Source of the DNA: Candidatus Woesearchaeota archaeon
Lineage (GTDB): Archaea > Nanobdellota > Nanobdellia > Woesearchaeales > DSVV01
Direction of reading: 5' to 3'
Assembly (NCBI GenBank): GCA_018661705.1
Contig: JABJHR010000010.1
Coordinates: forward strand, 66,911-130,910
DNA length: 64,000 bases
Below are positions 1 through 9,365 of the stretch, piece after piece. Below the pieces are notes generated by a model. The model made no database searches and was not told where the DNA came from. It saw nothing but the letters and a program-made list of their open reading frames with translations. The position numbers and the translations under genes are program-made. The number at the start of each line of letters is the position of its first letter. The first letter of the stretch is position 1.

Positions 1-2
1 AT

Positions 3-407
3 GATTTTCCTAAACATGCAGACAAAAAAGTAGCAAAAAAACTAGCAAATAATCATGATTTCTTTATTGCGCAAGCAAATATCATGGGTAAAGTAGCTGG
101 TGCATTTGGTAAAGTATTTGGTCCAAGAGGAAAGATGCCAAACCCAAAAGCAGGTTGTGTTGTCCCTCCTAAAGCCCAGCTAAAACCATTATATGAAAGA
201 CTTCAGAAAACAGTAAGAGTTTCTGCAAAAACAGCTCTTATGTTTCAATGTGCAATTGGGACTGAAGATATGAAAGATGAAGAAGTAATTGACAATATTC
301 TTACAGTTATAAAACAACTAGTTCATCATTTACCAAATCATGAAAATAATATTAAAGCAGTTTTCTTAAAGCTTACAATGGGTAAGCCTGTGAAGGTGTC
401 AAAGTGA
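3..407 (+). CDS. rpl1: 50S ribosomal protein L1 (uL1), 5'-truncated by window edge
   Basis: Frame is open from the window start (DFPKHADKKVAKKLANNHDFFIAQA...). Contains GPRGKMP and LKLTMGKPVKV motifs and precedes P0/P1. Confidence 0.95.
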   Translation, partial: DFPKHADKKVAKKLANNHDFFIAQANIMGKVAGAFGKVFGPRGKMPNPKAGCVVPPKAQLKPLYERLQKTVRVSAKTALMFQCAIGTEDMKDEEVIDNILTVIKQLVHHLPNHENNIKAVFLKLTMGKPVKVSK

Positions 408-1363
408 CTGACATAAAACCAGAAGAAACAAAGGAAGCAGTAAAACCAGAAGAAGTAAAAGAAGTAGCTAAGCAACCAGAAACAAAATCAGAAGTAAAGA
501 AAGAAATCAAAAAAGCAACAAAAGTTGCAGAAAAAAAAGTTACAACTGTTTCTGAATTTAAAGAATTGCTTAAAGAATATCAAATTGTTGCTGCTCTTAA
601 CATGGAAAATCTTCCTACAAAACAATTACAAAAAATGAGGGCTTCTCTTCGTGATGGTTGTGTCATTAAAATGACCAAAAGAAGATTACTTAAAATTGCT
701 TTAGAAGCATCAAAGGCAGAAAAGAAAGGAATTGAAGAATTAATTCCATATCTGAAAGGCATGCCAGCATTATTATTTACAAATCAAAATCCTTTTACTC
801 TTTACAAGAAATTGGAAAAGAGCAAATCAACAGCTCCTGCAAAATCAGGACAAACAGCTCCTAAGGATGTTGTTGTCAAAGCAGGACCAACAAGTTTTGC
901 CCCAGGTCCAATTATTGGTGAATTAGCCCAAATTGGAGTTAAAGCAGGAATTGATGGTGGGAAAGTTGTAATTAAAGCAGACTCCCTTGTTGTTAAAGAA
1001 GGAGACGCGTTTTCAGAAATGGCTGCAGGAATCTTATCAAGATTAGGTGTAGAACCAATGGAAATTGGTTTAGCAATAACAGCAGTTTATGAAGACGGAA
1101 CAATCTACACAAAGGATATTTTAGCAATTGATGAAGATGAATTCATGCAGAAGATTTCAACTGCAGCAAGTGAATCATTCAACCTTGCAGTAGAGATGGC
1201 TTATCCATGTGAAGATACAATAGAATTATTGTTGCAAGCAGCATTTAATAATTCAAAGGCTGTAGCATTAGAGGCAAATATCCTAGCAGATGCAGTTGTT
1301 GAAGATCTGTTAATGAAAGCCGAAAGAGAAGCTTCAAGTTTAAAGGCCGAAGCTAAACAATAA
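404..1363 (+). CDS. rpl10: 50S ribosomal protein L10/P0 (uL10) with Lys/Glu-rich N-terminal extension
   Basis: Motifs QLQKMRASLR, KAGPTSFAPGPIIGEL and LSRLGVEPMEIGL. L1-L10-L12 gene order. Confidence 0.95.
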   Translation: MTDIKPEETKEAVKPEEVKEVAKQPETKSEVKKEIKKATKVAEKKVTTVSEFKELLKEYQIVAALNMENLPTKQLQKMRASLRDGCVIKMTKRRLLKIALEASKAEKKGIEELIPYLKGMPALLFTNQNPFTLYKKLEKSKSTAPAKSGQTAPKDVVVKAGPTSFAPGPIIGELAQIGVKAGIDGGKVVIKADSLVVKEGDAFSEMAAGILSRLGVEPMEIGLAITAVYEDGTIYTKDILAIDEDEFMQKISTAASESFNLAVEMAYPCEDTIELLLQAAFNNSKAVALEANILADAVVEDLLMKAEREASSLKAEAKQ

Positions 1364-1398
1364 AATACAATAAATTAATCTTATAGGAGGAAACAAAA

Positions 1399-1698
1399 AT
1401 GGAATACATATATGCGGCAATGTTAATACATAAAGCAGGAAATAAAGTAGATGAACAATCAGTTAAAAAAGTTTTGGAGGCTGCTGGCGTAACACCAGAC
1501 GATGCAAGAATTAAAGCATTAGTAGCAGCTCTTGATGGCGTTAATATTGAAGAAGCAGTTAAAAAAGCAGCAGTAGCTCCAGCAGCAGCAGCTCCAGCAG
1601 CAGCAGCAGCTCCAGCAGCAGCAGCTAAAGAAGAAAAGAAAGAAGAAAAGAAAGATGATGGCGCAGCAGCAGCTGGCCTAGGAAGTCTTTTCGGATAA
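1399..1698 (+). CDS. rpl12: 50S ribosomal stalk protein P1/L12
   Basis: [11 protein letters not shown] start, Ala-rich hinge, [10 protein letters not shown] end. GGAGG RBS upstream. Confidence 0.97.
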   Translation: MEYIYAAMLIHKAGNKVDEQSVKKVLEAAGVTPDDARIKALVAALDGVNIEEAVKKAAVAPAAAAPAAAAAPAAAAKEEKKEEKKDDGAAAAGLGSLFG

Positions 1699-1719
1699 GA
1701 TAATAATTAAAAAAGTTTT

Positions 1720-1780
1720 AAGTAAGAAGTGGGAAGTAAGAAGTTTTACTTCAAACCTCCAACTTCAAACTTCTAACTTA
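1720..1780. repeat. Heptad-periodic imperfect inverted repeat (AAGTnnn units, then ACTTnnn units)
   Basis: aagtaag aagtggg aagtaag aagtttt followed by acttcaa acctcca acttcaa acttcta. Confidence 0.7.
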
Positions 1781-1805
1781 TTTTAATACAATGACGTGAG
1801 GAAAT

Positions 1806-2690
1806 ATGTTAACACCCGAAGAAAAAAAATCATTATTAGATGAATTAAACAAGAAAAAGGAATTAATCAAAGAGCTTCGTTCTAAACTTAATGAGATTAA
1901 TGAGCAGAAGGAACAGTGGTTCCAACAGCGAAATAATGCTTCTCAAGAGATTAAAAAGTTAATTGGTCAGTTAAAAGAAGCAAAAACTACACGTGATGGT
2001 TTTACTACAACAGTTAAAGGTAGTAAGGTTTCTAGAGATGATTTAAACAAAAAAATTAAAGTAAAAGTTGATGAATTAAAAAAATATGAAAAAGAAAAAT
2101 CAGATATTGTTAAAAAACACGATATTAAAGGGGACCCTAGTTATCTAAAAAAGCAAATTGAACAATTAGAGTATAAACATGAAACTTCTGTTATGAGTTT
2201 TGAGAATGAAAAAAAAATAATGAAAGAAATTAGAGACCTTAGATCAAATTACAAAAAATTAAGTGCTGTAAGCACAGTTTGGAAAAAGATTCATGCTTTA
2301 ACAAAAGACGTTGATGTATTGAAAAAAGAAGCAAACCTTTTCCATAGGAAAATGCAATCTCAAGCAAAACAAAGCCAGGAAAAACATGAATCTATGATAG
2401 AATCTTCTAAACTTGTTAAAGATTTAAAGAAAAAAGAAAATGAAGCACATATTAAATCACTTGAATTCAAGAAACAATTTACAGAGCTCAATGATAAATT
2501 AAAAGTAGATCTTGATGATCTTAACAAGTTATATGGGAAACTAGACATGAACAGAGAAGCAGTCAAGAAAGTTAAGAAAGAAAAACAACAAAAGACATTA
2601 AAACAAAAACAAAACGACGTTGACCATAAGCTAAAGACTGGTGGAAAGTTAACAACAGAAGATCTTTTAGCGTTTCAGAGTAGAAATTAA
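1806..2690 (+). CDS. Archaeal coiled-coil protein (COG1340-like)
   Basis: Continuous heptad coiled coil ending in GGKLTTEDLLAFQ, a C-terminus typical of this family. Confidence 0.75.
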   Translation: MLTPEEKKSLLDELNKKKELIKELRSKLNEINEQKEQWFQQRNNASQEIKKLIGQLKEAKTTRDGFTTTVKGSKVSRDDLNKKIKVKVDELKKYEKEKSDIVKKHDIKGDPSYLKKQIEQLEYKHETSVMSFENEKKIMKEIRDLRSNYKKLSAVSTVWKKIHALTKDVDVLKKEANLFHRKMQSQAKQSQEKHESMIESSKLVKDLKKKENEAHIKSLEFKKQFTELNDKLKVDLDDLNKLYGKLDMNREAVKKVKKEKQQKTLKQKQNDVDHKLKTGGKLTTEDLLAFQSRN

Positions 2691-2747
2691 TTCTTAATTT
2701 AGTTTAATTTATTCTGTATTATTTTTTGTTATAGGATACAATAGTTT

Positions 2748-2838
2748 TTAGCGAGAAAAGAGCATCCGCAATTGTTGAAGAGTAATACACTACATCTCAC
2801 ACTACAACACTAGGTCCGAAGGACATGTTACTCACGAA
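2748..2838 (+). repeat. Dispersed element AB, complete empty copy (MITE/REP-like)
   Basis: TTAGCGAGAAAAGAGCATCCGCAATTGTT...ACACTAGGTCCGAAGGACATGTTACTCACGAA. Closely matches 11848-11937 and the reverse complement of 37243-37334. Confidence 0.9.
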
Positions 2839-2891
2839 TTTTTTAGAAAAATAGAATTTAAAAATAAGAATTATAATTAAAAATTAAAAAA

Positions 2892-3446
2892 TTACGAATG
2901 ATATGATTGCATCTCTCTATGGAAACTAGTATAGCTTTTTATTTTGATTCTACTTTCGTTTACTCTATTTCCACATTTTCTATCATCAAGGAATGTACTA
3001 ACATCACCTTTTACAAATGCTGCTTGTGGTTTGTCATAACCAAATTCTTTTGTAACAACAAAGTGTACATCACTGCCTCTGTCATGGAATACTCTCCAGT
3101 ATGCAAAAGATTTTTTTGCTTCTCCATCTACATTACTACCCATTCCACATCCAATACTTCCTCTATCTTTAATTTCTGCCATAGTTTCTAATAATGAAAT
3201 CATTGCTTCATGTTTTGTTATATCAACTTTTAAACTATCTCCCCAATAATCACTTAAAATTTCAGGAACATCAAACCAAACAGCATCATAAGCTGTTCCA
3301 TTACTACCGCCGTTTACAATACCTGTGCCGGTACTAGATACTGATCTTCCTTCATAGAATGCAAATGCTTGATCTCTAAATGTTTGTGCTTCTTCAAGAT
3401 ATTTTTCAAGTGTAAGTCCTTCTGTGTCTGTTGAATGTCTTGGCAT
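2892..3446 (-). CDS. Hypothetical protein
   Basis: Long ORF. ATG at 3446 is preceded by a GGGGT RBS and a BRE/TATA. Confidence 0.7.
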   Translation of the reverse strand: MPRHSTDTEGLTLEKYLEEAQTFRDQAFAFYEGRSVSSTGTGIVNGGSNGTAYDAVWFDVPEILSDYWGDSLKVDITKHEAMISLLETMAEIKDRGSIGCGMGSNVDGEAKKSFAYWRVFHDRGSDVHFVVTKEFGYDKPQAAFVKGDVSTFLDDRKCGNRVNESRIKIKSYTSFHREMQSYHS

Positions 3447-3519
3447 ATTATTTACCCCCAATTGTACTAATTTATGCTTGTTAACACATAGGTTATATTT
3501 AAATGTTTTGTTTCTGTAA

Positions 3520-3533
3520 CTACTCGTGAGTAG
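3520..3533 (-). promoter_or_regulatory. Palindromic operator YYACT-N4-AGTAG
   Basis: CTACTcgtgAGTAG, 16 nt upstream of the minus-strand TTTAAATA. Confidence 0.65.
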
Positions 3534-3577
3534 TTCTTATGTCTTTTGTATTTTGAATTGGGATTGAGAAGCTCTAG

Positions 3578-3610
3578 AACACTAGGTCCATAGGACATGT
3601 CACTCACGAA
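3578..3610 (+). repeat. Element AB, A-end only
   Basis: AACACTAGGTCCATAGGACATGTCACTCACGAA. Confidence 0.85.
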
Positions 3611-3729
3611 TTTTTAAAATAAATAATATTCTTCTAGCGAGAACTAATTGTATTTAATTATAAGAAAAAATAAAAATTAATTTTTTTCCATGTTTTAAAA
3701 TTGAAAATTTTAAAGCCAGAAAAACAGTT

Positions 3730-3909
3730 TTACTGTTTTTCCATGTATCCGCATTTGCCGCATGTGTCTCTGTTCTTATGTTTTGCCATGAACACAGCTG
3801 GGCCACATTTTGGACATGATTTATTTAATTTTTCTACTTTGTCTCCGGATACTTTATAATTTTTTGAAACATTAGATGTTCTTTTTGGTTTTTTCGGTTT
3901 CTTTGCCAT
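3730..3909 (-). CDS. rps27ae: 30S ribosomal protein S27ae (eS31), not in the ORF track
   Basis: 59 aa, MAKKPKK...SCPKCGPAVFMAKHKNRDTCGKCGYMEKQ, directly downstream of S24e. Confidence 0.95.
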   Translation of the reverse strand: MAKKPKKPKRTSNVSKNYKVSGDKVEKLNKSCPKCGPAVFMAKHKNRDTCGKCGYMEKQ

Positions 3910-3918
3910 TTTATTTAC

Positions 3919-4437
3919 CTATTCTTTTTTTTCTTCAGCATTTTCAGCTGGCTTTGCTTCTTCTTTAGCAGGAGCTTCTTCTTTTTTCTCTTCTACTTTT
4001 TCTTCAGCCTTAGGTTCTTCTTTTTTTTCTTCTTCAGCTGGTTTTGCTTCTTTTTTAGCAGGAGCTTCTTCTTTTTTCTCTTCTACTTTTTCTTCAGCCT
4101 TAGGTTCTTCCTTTTTTTCTTCTTCAGCTGGTTTTTCAGCTTTTGGTTCTTCTTTCTTTTCTTCTTTATTATGTTTGTCTATTAGAACTTTGCCTTCTAA
4201 TCTTTCCATATATTTAGCGTCTTTGTAAACATGAGCAATAACTTTAGCAGTTTTTTGTCCATATCTTTGATAAATATGTCTGATAATAATAAGACTCTCA
4301 TCTGTTTTTAGTTTCTTTGCAATATCTTTTCTTAATTGAACTCTTGAAGGAGTTTTATTTTCAAAATCAACCATTGCACTAATTCTAGTTCTTTCTAACA
4401 GTGGTGTTTCCCTTTGTTTTGTGATCTCTAATTCCAT
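3919..4437 (-). CDS. rps24e: 30S ribosomal protein S24e with repetitive Glu/Lys C-terminal tail
   Basis: Motifs PLLERTRI, TPSRVQLR and IRHIYQRYG. Conserved Spt4-S24e-S27ae order. Confidence 0.92.
   Translation of the reverse strand: MELEITKQRETPLLERTRISAMVDFENKTPSRVQLRKDIAKKLKTDESLIIIRHIYQRYGQKTAKVIAHVYKDAKYMERLEGKVLIDKHNKEEKKEEPKAEKPAEEEKKEEPKAEEKVEEKKEEAPAKKEAKPAEEEKKEEPKAEEKVEEKKEEAPAKEEAKPAENAEEKKE
3952..4131 (-). repeat. 90-nt tandem duplication inside rps24e
   Basis: PAEEEKKEEPKAEEKVEEKKEEAPAK(K/E)EAK occurs twice. Confidence 0.9.
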
Positions 4438-4453
4438 CTTAATTCCCTCGACA

Positions 4454-4639
4454 TTATTTTACTTTTATTGCATATTCGCCTTTTTGTGCAATTCCAACTT
4501 GTTTTGCAATAAATGATTTTTCTGGATCGGCAATAAATAATCTTCCTTGCCAATTTGTTGAAAATGATGATGTTTTACATTCTGGACATTCACTTTCGTT
4601 TACGAATAATTTGCATCTTTTACATACTTTTCTTGCCAT
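4454..4639 (-). CDS. spt4: Transcription elongation factor Spt4 (RpoE'')
   Basis: CKRC..CPEC zinc ribbon, WQG and GEYAIKV motifs. Confidence 0.95.
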   Translation of the reverse strand: MARKVCKRCKLFVNESECPECKTSSFSTNWQGRLFIADPEKSFIAKQVGIAQKGEYAIKVK

Positions 4640-4700
4640 TTTTATTACCTTCTATCTTGAGTTTTTATGCACAAAAATTTCATTTAAATTTTTGGCATCC

Positions 4701-4780
4701 TAAAAATCCGTTTGTCAAAATGGGTGTTACGACATACCCCTACCTTTAGGTTTGGGTGTGATACTCATGACGGATTTTTA
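4701..4780. repeat. Palindromic element E between rpo7 and spt4
   Basis: Arms TAAAAATCCGT/ACGGATTTTTA with nested stems. Same 10-bp termini as 28367-28437. Confidence 0.7.
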
Positions 4781-5380
4781 TGATTTTGCTTTAGCGCCTT
4801 TTGCTTTTGTTCCTTTTGTTGTTTTTTTAGCATCAGCAGCTGCTTTTTTTGCTTCTTCATCAATCCAGTCTAGTTTTCCAAGGCCATGTTGCCTCATTGT
4901 TAATCCTAGTTTTGGATTTGTTTGATCTTTATAACTAATAGCAATGATTCTTGCTCTGCATAAATCATTTACTTTTAAGCTTCTTTTACTTTCTTTTCCA
5001 GCTAAAGTTTTTTCTTTAGAAAAACTTACAAAATCATCCATTGTTTGGGAAATGTGAATCATTCCATCTAATGGGCCAACTGAAATAAATGCACCAAAAT
5101 CAGCAATGTCTTTGATTTTTCCAAGAACAACTTCTTGTAAATCTGGCTTGAAAACAAGTAAGTGGAACATTGTTTTATAATAAATAGCCCCATCACCAGC
5201 AATAATTATGCCTTGTGAAACTTCTTCAATATCAGAAACATCAATTACAACACCTAATTCCCTAGATATGTAACCATCATATTTCTCTCTGATTTGTTTT
5301 TGAATTGCTATTGTGGTATCTTCTCCGAATAATTTTGGGTCTACCCTTATATGATCCTCAATCTTTAGTTTGTAATACAT
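4778..5380 (-). CDS. rpo7: RNA polymerase subunit Rpo7 (RpoE')
   Basis: GDGAIYY and FGAFISVGPLDGMIHISQ (S1 domain), KLGLTMRQHGLGKLDWI. Confidence 0.96.
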   Translation of the reverse strand: MYYKLKIEDHIRVDPKLFGEDTTIAIQKQIREKYDGYISRELGVVIDVSDIEEVSQGIIIAGDGAIYYKTMFHLLVFKPDLQEVVLGKIKDIADFGAFISVGPLDGMIHISQTMDDFVSFSKEKTLAGKESKRSLKVNDLCRARIIAISYKDQTNPKLGLTMRQHGLGKLDWIDEEAKKAAADAKKTTKGTKAKGAKAKS

Positions 5381-5451
5381 GAATTTTGCCTCCTTGCGTT
5401 GCTTTGTTAATGTAAGCTGTTTTATGTATTGTTTTTAATCTTAAGTACAAA

Positions 5452-5883
5452 TCAATAATTAACCAATTCTAAGTGGCTTTTCTGCCTTAAAACTATCACT
5501 CTTTTTAAATGTTTTTTTAATTCTTTGTCTGTTGTAGCTATAATATAGTCATTTTTGACTTCTTTTATTATATCATCAACATATTTATCTTTATATATAC
5601 TTATTAACTTCTTATTAGTTTTAATAGGGATTATATTAAGTTTTCCATCTTGAACCATATTTTCAACAAGTTTCAATGCGATGTTTACGGCCCGTTTAGT
5701 GGTTGTTTTCTGTTTCCTGGCCTTCTCTGGCAGTTTTTTGAGCTCATCAAGGCTTTTATCCAAAATATACAACTTATACTTGAAATGGCATATACGTTCA
5801 ATCTCTGTAAATATATCTACTCCAAAGTTTCCTGGAATCATAAGAAAGTTCGTATCTAACAGTATCTTTTCTTCATTGGGCAT
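5452..5883 (-). CDS. PIN-domain protein (Fcf1/Utp24-like)
   Basis: LDTNFLM, VDD and ATTDKEL motifs. Usual position upstream of rpo7. Confidence 0.85.
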   Translation of the reverse strand: MPNEEKILLDTNFLMIPGNFGVDIFTEIERICHFKYKLYILDKSLDELKKLPEKARKQKTTTKRAVNIALKLVENMVQDGKLNIIPIKTNKKLISIYKDKYVDDIIKEVKNDYIIATTDKELKKHLKRVIVLRQKSHLELVNY

Positions 5884-5963
5884 TTATAAAGAAATGTAGT
5901 GGTTGATTTATAAACTTTACTATCTTTTTTATAGTAACTGTTTGAATTCTATTCAAAAGTTTT

Positions 5964-7232
5964 TCACTTATTTTTATTCTTTTTTTTCTCTAATTCTTTT
6001 TCTTTCTCAAACAATCTTTCTTTTTCATTTTCTAATGTTTTTTCTGGCGTTAAAAACCAATGATCAAATTTGCTGACAAAGGTTGCAACAATTAATGAGA
6101 ATAGCATAAATATAACTACTAGATTTAATATTGTTTGAAGTCCAGGTATTTCTGTAACTTTTGTTGCTAATGTAAACGCTACTACTGCTACAGCAATTCC
6201 TTTTGGAATGTTAAATGTCATGAATAGTTTTTCTTTTATTGTTAGTTTTTGTTTATTCATAGCCCACATTACTGCGGCGTATCTAATGCACAAATAAAAT
6301 ATAAACAGTATAAACGCTTTAATCCAAAAGATATAACTACTAAAAGGAACACTTATTCCAATTCCTACAAGAATAAAAACAAGTATCATTAATGAATTTT
6401 CAAATACAGAAGAGAAGCTATACAATTGTTCTTTCTGTTTAACATAAAAGTTTCCAAACATTAATCCCATTACTGTTACTGCTAAAACTCCGTTACCCCC
6501 TAAATTTTCTGCAAGAATATATGTTAAAAGTGCAGCAGTAATTAAAGCCAGAGGGCTTATTGTTTCTGAGTATGCTTTTTTCATTGCTTTTGCTACAATC
6601 AATCCAATTAAAACTCCTGCTCCAATTCCGACGACAAATTGGGTGATAAATGGTTTTAGGTTATCTAAAAGTTTTGAAAAAATAACTTCTTGTGCAGTTA
6701 ATGATTGCATTAAATCTAAAATAATAAATGGTAATAAAACAGTTAATGGCGTATTAACAATTGATTCAATTCTTAATAATTCTACTATTTTGTGGTTGCC
6801 TTGTTTTAGCATTGACAAAATAACATCGGGACTTGTTCCAACCATTATGCTGGAGAAAATTAATACTAAAAACACATCTTTGATTCCAAAAAGTAATGAT
6901 GTTGCAATTGCAAGTAAGAACATATTAAGTAATAAAAAGAAAAAAGCTAATTTTAATGCTCTTAATGTGTATTCATCAATCGTTTTCCATTTAAACCTAG
7001 AGGCAGCATCAAAAATAATCATAACTAAAGCAAGAACAGCTAACCCAGTTAAGAAAGTATGAGAAAACTGAAATAATTTTTCTCCATAATAAGTCATCTT
7101 AGACAAGATAATCCCTGAAATTAACAATAATAATAAATTAGAGGTTTTTAATTTTTTAGAAATAATTGCAATAAACACACCTATCAATAAAATTATAGCT
7201 ATGTTTGTTAAGTAAAGTAAATATTCTTCCAT
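5964..7232 (-). CDS. Cation:proton antiporter (CPA1/NhaP-like)
   Basis: About 12 TM segments. GTSPDV, IESIVN, GGNGVLAV and PKGIAVAV motifs. Confidence 0.88.
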   Translation of the reverse strand: MEEYLLYLTNIAIILLIGVFIAIISKKLKTSNLLLLLISGIILSKMTYYGEKLFQFSHTFLTGLAVLALVMIIFDAASRFKWKTIDEYTLRALKLAFFFLLLNMFLLAIATSLLFGIKDVFLVLIFSSIMVGTSPDVILSMLKQGNHKIVELLRIESIVNTPLTVLLPFIILDLMQSLTAQEVIFSKLLDNLKPFITQFVVGIGAGVLIGLIVAKAMKKAYSETISPLALITAALLTYILAENLGGNGVLAVTVMGLMFGNFYVKQKEQLYSFSSVFENSLMILVFILVGIGISVPFSSYIFWIKAFILFIFYLCIRYAAVMWAMNKQKLTIKEKLFMTFNIPKGIAVAVVAFTLATKVTEIPGLQTILNLVVIFMLFSLIVATFVSKFDHWFLTPEKTLENEKERLFEKEKELEKKKNKNK

Positions 7233-7328
7233 TGTTTCCCTCTTTTTTTTAAAATATTCTTACTATTGTATATGTACTTATTTATTAGATTATTTATAAA
7301 TATTTTGTATATTGTGTGTAACCTTTCT

Positions 7329-7342
7329 TTACTCTGCAGTAG
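7329..7342 (+). promoter_or_regulatory. Palindromic operator YYACT-N4-AGTAG
   Basis: TTACTctgcAGTAG, 15 nt upstream of TATATAAA (7358). Confidence 0.6.
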
Positions 7343-7488
7343 TCCTAAACCAAAAAATATATAAATGATCTCTTTCCCCATATCTGTATTAGAGTACCAA
7401 AAGGGAGTGATTTCTTTGAGTCTTGAGGTGATCCAAAGTTAACAATTTGTCTTTTTTAAACAATTAGACATCTAACTAAGGTGAAAAT

Positions 7489-7605
7489 ATGGCAGGGAAA
7501 GTAACAGGTAAAGGCAAGAAAGGCCTAAAAGAAATTATGAACAGAACACGGTTTGACAAGTATGAATTAGAAGAATACATGCTTACAGACAAAGGTTTTC
7601 AATAA
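7489..7605 (+). CDS. Small protein, 38 aa (MAGKVTGKGKKGLKEIMNRTRFDKYELEEYMLTDKGFQ)
   Basis: AAGGTGA RBS just upstream of ATG, promoter upstream, T-rich terminator-like tract after the stop. Confidence 0.6.
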   Translation: MAGKVTGKGKKGLKEIMNRTRFDKYELEEYMLTDKGFQ

Positions 7606-7661
7606 AATTTTATTTTTTTCATAAAAAGCTTTTTATAGTGGATGTAATATAATTCTAGTTT

Positions 7662-8249
7662 ATGAAATACATTATTGAACATTTAGATGGACGTTTATAC
7701 AAATGGTGTTTTTTAGAATATAAACATATTTCTAAAATAGTCGGAAAAAGCAGCATTCTATTTACAAACGTGAATGGAGTGAAAGCACGTGAAAAACTAG
7801 GTCCGTCAGGACATGTTTATCATGAAAGTTTTACAGATTCTGAAAATATAACAAGAAAGAAAATATGCGTTTTAGATCCAAATGCTAAACAAATATTAAC
7901 AACTTCTGATAAAAATAAATTTGATTATCTTGTTTTTGGTGGGATTATGGGTGATTACCCTCCGAAAAAAAGAACAAAAGGCTTTTGTACTAAAATGCGA
8001 GAGAAAGGAATTAAATTTGAAACAAGAAATATGGGTAAAGAACAAATGTCAACAGATACTGCAGTTCTTGTTGCAAAAATGATAATGGATGGCAAAAAGT
8101 TTAATGAAATCAAATTCAAAGATACAATTATTATTGATATTAATGATTGTGAAGAAGTTGAGTTACCATTTAGATATGTTCTTAAAAATGAAAAACCAAT
8201 TCTTGCACCAGGTTTAGTTAAACATTTGAAAGAAAGAGGATATTTTTAA
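7662..8249 (+). CDS. SPOUT methyltransferase, Sfm1/DUF431-like
   Basis: YIIEHL, W..LEY.HI, VLDP, FGGIMGDYPP..RT, QMSTDTAV and LPFRY motifs. Confidence 0.85.
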   Translation: MKYIIEHLDGRLYKWCFLEYKHISKIVGKSSILFTNVNGVKAREKLGPSGHVYHESFTDSENITRKKICVLDPNAKQILTTSDKNKFDYLVFGGIMGDYPPKKRTKGFCTKMREKGIKFETRNMGKEQMSTDTAVLVAKMIMDGKKFNEIKFKDTIIIDINDCEEVELPFRYVLKNEKPILAPGLVKHLKERGYF

Positions 8250-8313
8250 AAACCAATTGTCGTAGTGTTTAATACACTGCATACTTTTATACTCTCATCT
8301 TCTATCATTTATT

Positions 8314-9258
8314 ATGGTATTAAATGATTATGGGTTCCTAACAGCATTTGATATAAATCCAGATAATGCAAGAGATAGAGTTAGGTTTCTTTTTAATGAA
8401 TTAGGAGTTGTTCATTTTCAGTTTTACGATGCAATGGAAAGATATGAAATTCCAATTGTTCCTGATAAAAAAGAATGGCATGATCCTATCGGCAGAACAA
8501 TAAAAAGAGAAACCCTTGATGCTTATGTAGACGAGATCAGAAAAGTTGGAGGTGCCAGTTGGTTTTATACGGGTATCTACAGCGTATCCCCTGGTTTTGT
8601 AATGCCTGGTCTAGAAAAAGCTTTATTTTCTTTTTTAGAAGATAAACAAGAGTTTGCCCAAGAATGGTTTTGTCTTGATGATAACCCTGATTGGGCATTT
8701 GTTTCAATAGTAGACCCTTCAACTGAAGAGTGGAAACAGCATTATACAGAGCAATTAAAGATTGTTGTTGAAAATCTTGGTTTTACAGGAATACATTTTG
8801 ATCAGTATGGTAGTCTTGATGTAAGATGGAAATTTAGGTATAAACCAGATGTATGGTCATTTGATAATATACATGACCCTGATTGTTTTGAAGAGGTTAA
8901 TAAAATAGAATTAATAATTGATTTTTTGAAATATTTTAAACAGGAGATGCCTAATGTGGGTGTTACATTTAATGCAGCAGATGGTTATGGTCTTGTTGAA
9001 ACGCAAAATCTTACTGATTTTCCCTATATAGAACTTTGGAATGATCATTCAATAGAACATTATTGTTCAAAGCTTAAAAATACTGGTAAGTTTGTAGTTG
9101 CAGCTTATAATTCTTCTGATGGAAAAACTTTTGACAGAAGTTTGTTTGAAAAGAGAAATGCTATTATTAATAATGCAGGTGGTGATTTATTGTTTAGAGG
9201 AGATGATAATAGGTATTTAGTTAATTGTTATTTTCCAAGTGCAATAAAACTAAATTAA
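8314..9258 (+). CDS. Glycoside hydrolase family 66-like catalytic barrel
   Basis: FQFYD, DPS..EW..HY, GFTGIHFDQYG and YIELW motifs. Confidence 0.6.
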   Translation: MVLNDYGFLTAFDINPDNARDRVRFLFNELGVVHFQFYDAMERYEIPIVPDKKEWHDPIGRTIKRETLDAYVDEIRKVGGASWFYTGIYSVSPGFVMPGLEKALFSFLEDKQEFAQEWFCLDDNPDWAFVSIVDPSTEEWKQHYTEQLKIVVENLGFTGIHFDQYGSLDVRWKFRYKPDVWSFDNIHDPDCFEEVNKIELIIDFLKYFKQEMPNVGVTFNAADGYGLVETQNLTDFPYIELWNDHSIEHYCSKLKNTGKFVVAAYNSSDGKTFDRSLFEKRNAIINNAGGDLLFRGDDNRYLVNCYFPSAIKLN

Positions 9259-9365
9259 CATCCCTCTGCAGTTTAGATTTTCAGAAAAAGATTATATTTG
9301 GATAATCTTTTAATTCATTTTTGAAATCATAACCCATATAAACTACCTAATTAATAATTAAGACT

